From Bacteroidota bacterium (GTDB lineage Bacteria > Bacteroidota > Rhodothermia > Balneolales > Balneolaceae): a stretch of DNA of 35,074 nt. Numbering within the stretch: the first letter of the stretch is position 1; each line of letters opens with the position of its first letter. The notes under the pieces are model-generated. The model searched no databases. It saw nothing but the letters and a program-made list of their open reading frames with translations, and had not been told where the DNA came from. Made by a program: the position numbers and the translations under genes. Below, in pieces: positions 26,589 to 34,262 of the stretch. Location: positions 1 through 35,074 of the forward strand of contig JAYPDB010000003.1 of the NCBI GenBank assembly GCA_038125045.1. Direction: 5' to 3'.

Positions 26589-27401
26589 TTATTCTACGAT
26601 CATGTCGCTATTGCGCGCTTTCAAGTTGAAATAATGAAAGCTTAATGCAATTTGAAATACAAGCGTGGTTAAAGAGCTAAGCACGGTAAATAGACCGCTA
26701 CTAAAGGTTGTGAGAAATTCTCCTAGAATTCCTTGATCCAATCCTAGATTCTCATAGGCGATGAGCAAAAAACTGTTAGGGATTTCTATGATGGAGCCAT
26801 ATACAAATGCAAAAAGGATCAATAACAAAAGTAGCCCAAAAGTTGGCCAAAATTGATAATTGGTTAATTTCCAACTATCCACAAAACTATCCGAGAATGA
26901 ACGATCTTCCAATACATAAGCCTGAAATACCACAGATAATTTAGGGCCAATGATAAAAAAAGGTAGTATGAAAAAGAGAATAGAAAGCCCTATTAGAATC
27001 GAAAAACACGCATATACTATAGAAAACAAGAGTACTTTTGGAACCAAACTACTGATGTCTTCGGGACCAAAGTGGTTGGCTTCTCGAGTTCGTTTTACAT
27101 GTTCAAGGACGATTATAATGGATGTTGCTTGCGTAATGACTCCAGATAACAAGACCACAGGGTACAACCCACCCAACAGGTCATTCATGGAATTTTGGGT
27201 GCTTAATTGCATCCAAAAATCACCTGAGTCTATAAGAGCTTGAACATTTTCAAGGGGGAGTTTGGATAAGAGGAAGTGATGCAAAAGTAATAAGGGGGCC
27301 GCAAAAAGCATCCAAATACCCAATAGATGTCTTCCATGCATGGCCAAGTAGTCATAGGTGTCTTTTAAGGTATCTGAAATATCTCGCGTCGTATACATCA
27401 T
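26589..27401 (-). CDS. Hypothetical polytopic membrane protein
   Basis: About 6 predicted hydrophobic helices and no motif I recognise. The track start at 27464 would overlap the cyoE 3' end by 43 nt. An internal Met pair (MMYTTRD, 27401) gives a 20-nt gap instead. The start remains uncertain. Confidence 0.45.
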   Translation of the reverse strand: MMYTTRDISDTLKDTYDYLAMHGRHLLGIWMLFAAPLLLLHHFLLSKLPLENVQALIDSGDFWMQLSTQNSMNDLLGGLYPVVLLSGVITQATSIIIVLEHVKRTREANHFGPEDISSLVPKVLLFSIVYACFSILIGLSILFFILPFFIIGPKLSVVFQAYVLEDRSFSDSFVDSWKLTNYQFWPTFGLLLLLILFAFVYGSIIEIPNSFLLIAYENLGLDQGILGEFLTTFSSGLFTVLSSLTTLVFQIALSFHYFNLKARNSDMIVE

Positions 27402-27421
27402 ATTATTCACGTATTGAGTCT

Positions 27422-28333
27422 TTACATGTTGCCAATAAGTATATCTAAACCTAGAAAGAACCATATGACAGGTAAGTAGGCAATGGAAGCAAACATAAGG
27501 GCTCTAGCTCGTTGATGAGATCGGTTCTGTAAAAATTTCAACCCGTAAAAAAGAAAAATGAACCCAGCTAGAGCACTGGTGTACAAAAATAGTTCACTAG
27601 CAAAGTCTAAGTGAAATAACGCATAATTAACCCCAAATAATAACACGATACAAACCAAACCATACCAAGCAGTTTTTAAACCATTTTCGTCGTGTTTTGG
27701 TAGCATTTTAAAACCTGCCCCAGAATAGTCGTCTTTGCACACCCAGGCTATGGCCATCACGTGAGGGATTTGCCAAAAGAATACAATTCCAAACAAAATC
27801 CACATACCCGGGTCACTAATGGTTCCCGTAGCCGCTGCCCAACCACCAACCGGAGGAAGAGCACCGGGTATGGCTCCAACGGAGATATTAAAGGCGGTAA
27901 CCTGTTTTAAAGGGGTATACGCTTTTAGATATATGAGGGTAGTTGCAAGCGAAACCAGCCCAGCAATCGGATGGGTTAGAAAAACCAGGTACGCCAAACC
28001 TGTAAAAATGAGACTCATTGAAAATATACGACCTTCATTTGGTGAAATTCTTTGAGTGGGTAAGGGGCGAGATTTGGTGCGATTCATGAGCCCGTCTAAT
28101 CCGCGTTCTAGAAACTGATTATGGGCTGCGGTTCCAGCCGCAATCATATAGGTACCTAGGATGGCATGAATCAGTAGTAATGGATTTACAGATCCTTGAC
28201 TGCCTAAGATAAAACCCATGACCATGCTAATTAATACCGTGAGGGTGATACCTGGTTTTGTTAAAGCATAGTAATCGGCTAATTTAGCGCCAAATTTTGA
28301 TGAAATAGACAACTTATTTTCGATGATATTCAA
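27422..28333 (-). CDS. cyoE: Protoheme IX farnesyltransferase (heme O synthase)
   Basis: UbiA-family motifs (YALTKPGIT, NQFLERGLDGLMNRTKSRPLP) and about 8-9 TM helices. The apparent start is TTG at 28333, and there is no in-frame ATG before TM1. Confidence 0.9.
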   Translation of the reverse strand: MNIIENKLSISSKFGAKLADYYALTKPGITLTVLISMVMGFILGSQGSVNPLLLIHAILGTYMIAAGTAAHNQFLERGLDGLMNRTKSRPLPTQRISPNEGRIFSMSLIFTGLAYLVFLTHPIAGLVSLATTLIYLKAYTPLKQVTAFNISVGAIPGALPPVGGWAAATGTISDPGMWILFGIVFFWQIPHVMAIAWVCKDDYSGAGFKMLPKHDENGLKTAWYGLVCIVLLFGVNYALFHLDFASELFLYTSALAGFIFLFYGLKFLQNRSHQRARALMFASIAYLPVIWFFLGLDILIGNM

Positions 28334-28421
28334 GCAAATAAATGTTCTTAGGCGTATTTTTGAATAGTGTAAAAATACTGAATAATCAGTTTAATTGTAG
28401 CCTAAAAGAACGGAAGCAGGT

Positions 28422-29393
28422 ATGAAGTTGAATTTTTATCAAAAAACTGCCATCAGTACAGTAGCGGCTACCTTATTTTTGATACTGGTTGGTGGTATTG
28501 TACGAGCTTCAGGAGCAGGCTTGGGCTGTCCTGACTGGCCCAAATGTTATGGGCTTTGGATACCACCCTTGCACGTAAGTGATGTTCCAGCGGGTTTTGA
28601 TCTTGATACCTTTAATGCCTTTAAAACATGGACAGAATACATTAACCGTCTTATTGGTGTTTTGGTGGGGTTCTTCATCACAGCTAATTTTTTAAGCTCC
28701 ATAAGGTACCGAAAAACCAAGCCTAGCGTTACCGTATCCTCGTTCATCGCGTTGGTATTGGTGCTGTTTCAAGCCTGGCTAGGAGGTCAAGTGGTTCGCT
28801 CTGGACTATCTACCGGTATTATTACGCTGCACATGATCTTGGCTATGATCATAGTAGGGGTGCTTCTCTATGCCAGTTTTAAGTCTAAGGAAGAGTTTGT
28901 ACGTATTCGGCTTAATTACCAGCAAAAACGTCAGTTTTTAAACTACGGTATCGCATTAGGGGTATTGGTTGTCATACAAATGATTTTGGGAACCCAAGTA
29001 AGAGAAGGGGTTGATGCGATTAAAGATGTAGTAATGGCACCCGACAGAAATCTCTGGATTGATGAGTTAGGAATGATCTACAAAGTACACAGGAGCTTCT
29101 CATGGATCTTATTACTAACGACCCTAGGGTTCAGTTACCGCTTTATTGGTTATTTCAAACGCCTTGAAACCCATGAGCGAGGAGAAAATAAGGTGTTTAT
29201 CACACTTGCAATGGCCATACCCTTAGGTGTATTCTCTCAAACCTTGGTAGGTGTTGGATTGCAGTGGTTACACATGCCAGGCCTACTTCAGGTACTCCAT
29301 TTGAATGGAGTGGCCTTATTGTTGAGTGTACTTTTTATTTATATTTTAATATTAACTCAGCGAACTACAATTTCTGAAGCATCTGCTCCATAA
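28422..29393 (+). CDS. ctaA: Heme A synthase (COX15/CtaA family)
   Basis: GAGLGCPDWPKCYG Cys-pair motif after TM1 and conserved His residues in the TM helices (ITLHM, KVHRS, LHL). It is divergent from cyoE. Confidence 0.8.
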   Translation: MKLNFYQKTAISTVAATLFLILVGGIVRASGAGLGCPDWPKCYGLWIPPLHVSDVPAGFDLDTFNAFKTWTEYINRLIGVLVGFFITANFLSSIRYRKTKPSVTVSSFIALVLVLFQAWLGGQVVRSGLSTGIITLHMILAMIIVGVLLYASFKSKEEFVRIRLNYQQKRQFLNYGIALGVLVVIQMILGTQVREGVDAIKDVVMAPDRNLWIDELGMIYKVHRSFSWILLLTTLGFSYRFIGYFKRLETHERGENKVFITLAMAIPLGVFSQTLVGVGLQWLHMPGLLQVLHLNGVALLLSVLFIYILILTQRTTISEASAP

Positions 29394-29697
29394 AGATTTT
29401 TACTTCTGTTAAATCTTTTCTCATTTCTGGGGTCATGGCCGATTGGGGTTGTTTAGGAGCCAGTTGTTCGCTCTCTTTGAGCACACGCTTAACCCCTTCA
29501 CTGGTAAATTTCTGATCCTCGACGAGTTGTTTGATTTTAAATATCAAAGCTAAATCTTCGTCGGTATAGGCTCGATTTCCGGCACTGTTTTTTTTGGGAG
29601 TTAGTTCGGCATAGGTTTTTTCCCAATTTCGAAGCACATGGGGAGGAAGGTTGGTAAGTTTGCTAACCTCACCCATAGAATAATACAATTTTTTCAT
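29365..29697 (-). CDS. MerR family transcriptional regulator
   Basis: N-terminal MerR HTH (YYSMGEVSKLTNLPPHVLRNWEKTYAELTPKKNSAGNRAYTDEDL). Length is 110 aa. Confidence 0.8.
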   Translation of the reverse strand: MKKLYYSMGEVSKLTNLPPHVLRNWEKTYAELTPKKNSAGNRAYTDEDLALIFKIKQLVEDQKFTSEGVKRVLKESEQLAPKQPQSAMTPEMRKDLTEVKIFMEQMLQKL

Positions 29698-29769
29698 AGC
29701 CTATATAAAGTGTATTTTATTTAGCAATTAAAGTACGTTTTTTATCCTAAATAAATAAAGTCGTTTGCG

Positions 29770-30717
29770 GTGAATTCAACAAGTGAACAAAACAAAATTG
29801 AAATCAGTGTTGTAATCCCTCTTTTTAATGAGGAGGAATCCTTGGGAGAATTAATGCAGCAGATTCATGAAGCATTACAGTCTCATAGGTATGAAGTATT
29901 ATTTGTCGATGATGGATCAACCGATGATTCCTGGAACGTGATTGTAGGCTTGACCGCTAATTACGAGCAAGTCCGAGGAATTTCGCTTGGGGTTAACCAG
30001 GGTAAAAGTTACGCATTACAAGCAGGTTTTAACGAGGTTTCGGGACGTTATGTGGTTACCATGGATGCTGACTTGCAAGACGATCCTGCAGAAATTCCAG
30101 ACATGATTGTGCGCTTGCAAGAAGGTTACGATCTGGTGAGTGGTTGGAAAAAAGAACGGTTTGACCCCATTAGTAAAACCATTCCATCCAAATTTTTCAA
30201 TTGGGTGACTCGACGAGCAGCCGGCATTCACTTACATGATTTTAATTGCGGGTTGAAGGCGTATCGTGCCGAAGTACTTAAGCACATTCAGTTATATGGT
30301 GAATTGCACAGGTACATTCCTTTTTTAGCCAAAAGAGCGGGTTATGGTAGGATCACTGAGCAAGTGGTGCAGCATCGAGAGAGAAAATACGGAACCACAA
30401 AATTTGGTTTATCGCGTTTTATTAATGGTTTTTTGGACCTGATAACCATCTTGTTTGTTCAGAAGTATCTGCAAAAACCCATGCATTTTTTCGGCACCAT
30501 TGGCGTGCTTTTCATGGCACTAGGCTCCGTGATAAATCTGTATTTAGCTGCGTTGAGGATTTTTCAAAATCAAGGAATCGGCGATCGACCGCTACTATTC
30601 TTGGGTATTCTTTTGATGGTACTGGGTGTTCAATTTTTGTCTACAGGTTTTCTGGGTGAATTGATTAACAAAAACCATATTCACAACCGACAGCCCATCA
30701 TACGAAAGCGAAGCTAA
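29770..30717 (+). CDS. GT2 family polyprenyl-phosphate glycosyltransferase (GtrB/ArnC/DPM1-like)
   Basis: ISVVIPLFNEEES, FVDDGSTDDS, the DxD motif (MDADLQDDP), and two C-terminal TM helices. The start is GTG and there is no early ATG. Confidence 0.8.
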   Translation: MNSTSEQNKIEISVVIPLFNEEESLGELMQQIHEALQSHRYEVLFVDDGSTDDSWNVIVGLTANYEQVRGISLGVNQGKSYALQAGFNEVSGRYVVTMDADLQDDPAEIPDMIVRLQEGYDLVSGWKKERFDPISKTIPSKFFNWVTRRAAGIHLHDFNCGLKAYRAEVLKHIQLYGELHRYIPFLAKRAGYGRITEQVVQHRERKYGTTKFGLSRFINGFLDLITILFVQKYLQKPMHFFGTIGVLFMALGSVINLYLAALRIFQNQGIGDRPLLFLGILLMVLGVQFLSTGFLGELINKNHIHNRQPIIRKRS

Positions 30718-30763
30718 AAGTAGATAGGGTTTTAGCCAGACATTCCCATTACACTAGAAGTGC

Positions 30764-31768
30764 TTATTTTACCGAGTCTTTTCGGTTATAGTATACAGGC
30801 ACAAGGCTTAATGTAGATCGTTGATCTTTACGTTCTATGATATCAAGTAAGGTTTGAATGCTTAGTCTGCCCAATTCTTCAAAATCAGTTTCTATTGAAC
30901 TTAAATTGGGTTGGAGTTGATAGCAAACCGGTAAATTATCATATCCTATGATAGAAACGTCACGCGGTATGTGAAGGCCCGCATTAATTGCAGCATTGCT
31001 AAACCCTATAGCCATGAGATCGTTGCTAAAAAAGATTCCTTCGGGTTGTTCAGGGCTTTTGCGAAAAGACTCAAAGGCGCGGAAACCACTATAAAAAGTA
31101 AAATCTCCTTGAACCTCCCACACAATATCTAGATTGTGATTGGTACAGTAATCTCTAAATCCATTGGTCCGAAAACTACTCTCCGCTTTGCCTGAAGGAC
31201 CTTTGAGTATCCCGACTTTTTTCATATTCTTTTGGTGAAAACATTCGGCAGCCAAAAACCCACCAGAATATCCATCAAAGGTGATCGTAGGTAGAATAGG
31301 ATTTTCAATGAGACCATTCGAAATCATGGGGACCGATAACTGCGCTTCTCTCAGTTGGTTTAGAAGCTGTGTATAGTCATTATACTCCATGGTCGGAATA
31401 AACAACGCAATACCATCGACTTGATGCTGAATGCGAGCAGAAATGATATCAAAAAGTGATTTGTTTTGCTGGTTGGCACTTATGAGCGACAGGTTGACAT
31501 CTAATTTATTGGCAGCATTAAAGTAACCACTGAATGCCGAAGCATAAAACTCCCCGTGTGCTAATTCCGTGATCAGAACAATATCCTTTGCCCCATTTGA
31601 ATACATAGGTATTTGGTTCTTATTAAACGGGTATTCCAACTCTTCAGCAACTTTTACAATCTTTCGCTGAACATCTAAGCTGATCTTGTTTGTACCGTTT
31701 AGAACTCTAGAAACCGTAGATATCGAATAACCGGTTTTATCCGCAATGTGTTTTAGTGTGATTCTCAT
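30764..31768 (-). CDS. LacI family transcriptional regulator
   Basis: HTH MRITLKHIADKTGYSISTVSRVLNG followed by a periplasmic-binding-protein-like sugar-binding core. ATG 31768 is preferred over the TTG at 31789, which lies inside the palindrome. Confidence 0.85.
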   Translation of the reverse strand: MRITLKHIADKTGYSISTVSRVLNGTNKISLDVQRKIVKVAEELEYPFNKNQIPMYSNGAKDIVLITELAHGEFYASAFSGYFNAANKLDVNLSLISANQQNKSLFDIISARIQHQVDGIALFIPTMEYNDYTQLLNQLREAQLSVPMISNGLIENPILPTITFDGYSGGFLAAECFHQKNMKKVGILKGPSGKAESSFRTNGFRDYCTNHNLDIVWEVQGDFTFYSGFRAFESFRKSPEQPEGIFFSNDLMAIGFSNAAINAGLHIPRDVSIIGYDNLPVCYQLQPNLSSIETDFEELGRLSIQTLLDIIERKDQRSTLSLVPVYYNRKDSVK

Positions 31769-31777
31769 ATTTGGGAC

Positions 31778-31791
31778 AATTGGTACCAATT
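31778..31791. promoter_or_regulatory. Perfect 14-bp palindrome AATTGGTACCAATT, a candidate LacI-family operator
   Basis: The sequence is self-complementary. It lies 10 nt upstream of the LacI-family ATG, in the divergent intergenic region shared with the MFS sugar porter gene. A related imperfect site ATGGTAtttgTACCT is at 31812-31826. Confidence 0.4.
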
Positions 31792-31892
31792 ATAAGCATT
31801 TAATGTAAATAATGGTATTTGTACCTTTAAAAGTCGTTATTGTTTGTGGCCCATAGTATACCCATCTAATTAATGGAGTTTTTTCGTTACTA

Positions 31893-33386
31893 ATGGAATG
31901 TAAATCAGTCCTCAAATATACCCTTATCGTATCCTTGGGAGGATTCTTATTTGGATTTGATGCTTCAGTCATCTCAGGTGTATTGATCTATATCACCCCT
32001 GAGTTTAATTTGAATGCACTAAGTACAGGGTGGGTGGTAAGTTCACCCGCTTTTTCTGCTATGTTTTCTATGCTTACCAGTGGCTTGCTGAGTGATCGAA
32101 TTGGACGAAAAAAAACCTTGCAGGCCGTTGCTATCATCTATTTTGTGTCAGCATTACTCTCCACCTTTTCTCAAAATACCGTAGGAATTGCTTTGGCTAG
32201 AATGCTGGGTGGGCTTGCCTTTGGGGGTGCTTTGGTTGTTGTGCCGATTTATATCTCTGAAATAGCCCCACCGGATAAAAGAGGGCGTTTGGTATCCTTG
32301 CAACAGCTGAATATTGTTTTTGGATTTCTTGCTGCTTACTTCAGTAATTATTTTATCACGGTATATTTTGGTGATTCACTGATTCAGGAGGTCATTTGGA
32401 GAATCATGTTAGGAGTCGAGTTAGTTCCTGCAACACTGTTTGTCCTCCTTCTTAGAATGATTCCTGAAACACCAATTTGGGAACAGCAACAAACCAAGAT
32501 CGTAAGGGAACCTGGTGTATCTTTACGGATGAACGTTTTGGATTGGTGGCAAACTCAGCGAAGACATCTGCAAGAGTTATGGTCATCAACTTGGAGGAAG
32601 ATTTTTTTGATCGCTATTTTTATTGGCATTATCCAACAAATAACAGGGATAAATGCGATTTTCTTCTATGCGACTTCCATATTTGAAAAAACGGGTATAG
32701 GAGTAGATGCTTCTCTCGCCCAAACCGTAGCAGTTGGAGTCGTAAATATCTTATTTACCATTCTGGCCATTCTAACCATTGATCGTGTGGGAAGAAGGGT
32801 CCTGTTGCTTGCCGGATTAGCTGGAATCGTTCTATGTATGAGTATTACTAGCTATGGTTTTCATCATCAATCGTATCAATTTCCGGTTTTAGACAGTAGG
32901 TATACGGTAGGTGTTGAAGATACCTATCGTCAGGTATCCGAGGCTTTAGATGGCATAACTATTCAGACGGAAGACCATTTTAGATCCACATTAGAGCATA
33001 CATGGGCACAATATGATAATCAAATGATAGCACCAATTCTATACAAGGAAATTCTAGAGGAGGCCCGAGTTATAGACAAACCTTGGTTGGTATTATTAGG
33101 TATACTAGGATTCGTTGCTAGCTTTGCTTGTTCCTTGGGACCGGTTATGTGGGTACTGTTGTCCGAACTATTTTCCAATACCCATCGAGGCTTAGCTATT
33201 TCCATTGTAGGATTTTTAAACTCATTTGCGAGTTGGCTTACCCAATTTTTGTTCCCGCTAGAATTGAATAGCTTAGGGGATTCCTTTACCTATGGCAGTT
33301 TTGCGGTAATTGCTTTGATTGGATGGGTGGTAATCTATTACTATCTGCCAGAAACAAAAAACAAGCTAATCTCCGAAGTGATATAG
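31893..33386 (+). CDS. MFS sugar porter family transporter (sugar:H+ symporter)
   Basis: GGFLFGFD, the DRIGRKKT motif, PETPIW (a PESPRW variant), the PETKNK C-terminal motif, and 12 TM helices. Confidence 0.85.
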   Translation: MECKSVLKYTLIVSLGGFLFGFDASVISGVLIYITPEFNLNALSTGWVVSSPAFSAMFSMLTSGLLSDRIGRKKTLQAVAIIYFVSALLSTFSQNTVGIALARMLGGLAFGGALVVVPIYISEIAPPDKRGRLVSLQQLNIVFGFLAAYFSNYFITVYFGDSLIQEVIWRIMLGVELVPATLFVLLLRMIPETPIWEQQQTKIVREPGVSLRMNVLDWWQTQRRHLQELWSSTWRKIFLIAIFIGIIQQITGINAIFFYATSIFEKTGIGVDASLAQTVAVGVVNILFTILAILTIDRVGRRVLLLAGLAGIVLCMSITSYGFHHQSYQFPVLDSRYTVGVEDTYRQVSEALDGITIQTEDHFRSTLEHTWAQYDNQMIAPILYKEILEEARVIDKPWLVLLGILGFVASFACSLGPVMWVLLSELFSNTHRGLAISIVGFLNSFASWLTQFLFPLELNSLGDSFTYGSFAVIALIGWVVIYYYLPETKNKLISEVI

Positions 33387-33393
33387 CTTGTTT
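33350..33393 (-). terminator. Probable intrinsic terminator of the minus-strand tRNA operon, embedded in the 3' end of the MFS CDS
   Basis: The minus strand reads AAACAAGCTatATCACttcgGAGATtAGCTTGTTTttgtttc. It has a 9-bp lower stem, an imperfect upper stem, a UUCG tetraloop and a U-rich tail, immediately 3' of the last tRNA-Glu. Confidence 0.45.
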
Positions 33394-33398
33394 AAACG

Positions 33399-33471
33399 TA
33401 CCGCGTACGGGATTCGAACCCGTGCTACCGCCGTGAAAGGGCGGCGTCCTAGGCCTCTAGACGAACGCGGC
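33399..33471 (-). tRNA. tRNA-Glu (anticodon TTC), copy 1
   Basis: Folded by hand as GCCGCGT-TC-GTCT-AGAGGCCTA-GGAC-G-CCGCC-CTTTCAC-GGCGG-TAGC-ACGGG-TTCGAAT-CCCGT-ACGCGGT-A, 73 nt. It closely resembles E. coli tRNA-Glu. CCA is not encoded. Confidence 0.9.
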
Positions 33472-33483
33472 ATTCAATAAATG

Positions 33484-33558
33484 GGAGCCCGATGGGAATT
33501 GAACCCACGGCCTCCAGGGCCACAACCTGGCGCTCTAACCGACTGAGCTACGGGCTCC
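33484..33558 (-). tRNA. tRNA-His (anticodon GTG) with genomically encoded G-1
   Basis: G(-1)-GAGCCCG-TA-GCTC-AGTCGGTTA-GAGC-G-CCAGG-TTGTGGC-CCTGG-AGGCC-GTGGG-TTCAATT-CCCAT-CGGGCTC-C73. G-1 can pair with C73, the His identity element. Confidence 0.9.
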
Positions 33559-33563
33559 ATAAG

Positions 33564-33636
33564 TACCGCGTACGGGATTCGAACCCGTGCTACCGCCGTG
33601 AAAGGGCGGCGTCCTAGGCCTCTAGACGAACGCGGC
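33564..33636 (-). tRNA. tRNA-Glu (anticodon TTC), copy 2
   Basis: The 73 nt are identical to copy 1 by eye, and the flanks are partly conserved (..caatcaataag vs ..cattcaataaa). Confidence 0.9.
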
Positions 33637-33659
33637 AATCAATAAGTCAATTTGTTATG

Positions 33660-33730
33660 AGGCGACAGGCGGATTCGAACCGCCGTACAAGGTTTTGCAG
33701 ACCTCTGCCTAGCCACTCGGCCATGTCGCC
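33660..33730 (-). tRNA. tRNA-Cys (anticodon GCA)
   Basis: GGCGACA-TG-GCC-GAGTGGCTA-GGC-A-GAGGT-CTGCAAA-ACCTT-GTAC-GGCGG-TTCGAAT-CCGCC-TGTCGCC-T, 71 nt. The U73 discriminator is the Cys identity element. Confidence 0.9.
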
Positions 33731-33788
33731 TATTCGGTAAGGCAACCGCCATTGGCGCCTCAAGTATTCAATAATTACAAAGACTACA

Positions 33789-33817
33789 AAAATACGACTT
33801 TATAAGTCTATTGTAAA
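33789..33817 (-). promoter_or_regulatory. Candidate promoter for the Cys-Glu-His-Glu tRNA unit
   Basis: The minus strand reads TTTACA-N17-TATTTT. The -10 region extends to TATTTTTG, which also fits the Bacteroidota TAnnTTTG -7 element. It lies about 55-60 nt upstream of tRNA-Cys. This is a motif match only. Confidence 0.3.
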
Positions 33818-34003
33818 TAGAAAAGTTTCTTTTTTAAGATATGTTCCGGTTACAGGAAAGCGTACCAAAATATTCTTGATTGGCTATACTATGTTTAATT
33901 TTACGCCTCACTACACGTTTTACATTTAGCCATTCATAACTGGCCATTGCAAAACGAACAGCATGATTTGAAAAATAAATTGAGAAGGGTTGCAAATGAA
34001 AAG

Positions 34004-34077
34004 TACGCCCATCAGGACTCGAACCTGAAACCTATTGCTTAGAAGGCAATTGCTCTATCCAGTTGAGCTATGGGCGC
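34004..34077 (-). tRNA. tRNA-Arg (anticodon TCT)
   Basis: GCGCCCA-TA-GCTC-AACTGGATA-GAGC-A-ATTGC-CTTCTAA-GCAAT-AGGTT-TCAGG-TTCGAGT-CCTGA-TGGGCGT-A, 74 nt. Confidence 0.9.
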
Positions 34078-34102
34078 ATACTCATAGAAGAGAAGATTAA
34101 AG

Positions 34103-34176
34103 TCGGGGAGACAGGATTTGAACCTGCGACCCTTCGCTCCCAAAGCGAATGCGCTACCGGGCTGCGCCACTCCCCG
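34103..34176 (-). tRNA. tRNA-Pro (anticodon TGG)
   Basis: CGGGGAG-TG-GCGC-AGCCCGGTA-GCGC-A-TTCGC-TTTGGGA-GCGAA-GGGTC-GCAGG-TTCAAAT-CCTGT-CTCCCCG-A, 74 nt. Confidence 0.9.
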
Positions 34177-34262
34177 ATTAATCAGACATCAAAGATACTG
34201 CTTTATCTACTCAGTTGGCAAACTAAATATTAAATTAATTTATGAGCTCGCGCCATTTGGAT

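Noticed and set aside
29700-29769. Three spaced copies of TAAAGT in the merR/GT2 intergenic region as a regulatory repeat
   Set aside because: The hexamer is short, the region is very AT-rich and the spacing is irregular (about 24-26 nt). I cannot distinguish this from chance by eye.
33731-34003. A hidden small gene or ncRNA in the 273-nt spacer between tRNA-Arg and tRNA-Cys
   Set aside because: Only trivial ORFs of 12 aa or fewer are present, and I saw no convincing extended secondary structure. It is best explained as a spacer carrying a promoter for the downstream tRNAs.
33387-34262. A genomic island or integrative element at the tRNA cluster, reading the repeated tRNA-Glu sequence as att sites
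   Set aside because: Both repeats are full-length, foldable tRNA-Glu genes rather than 3' fragments. No integrase, transposase or phage-like genes flank the array. The composition is unremarkable.
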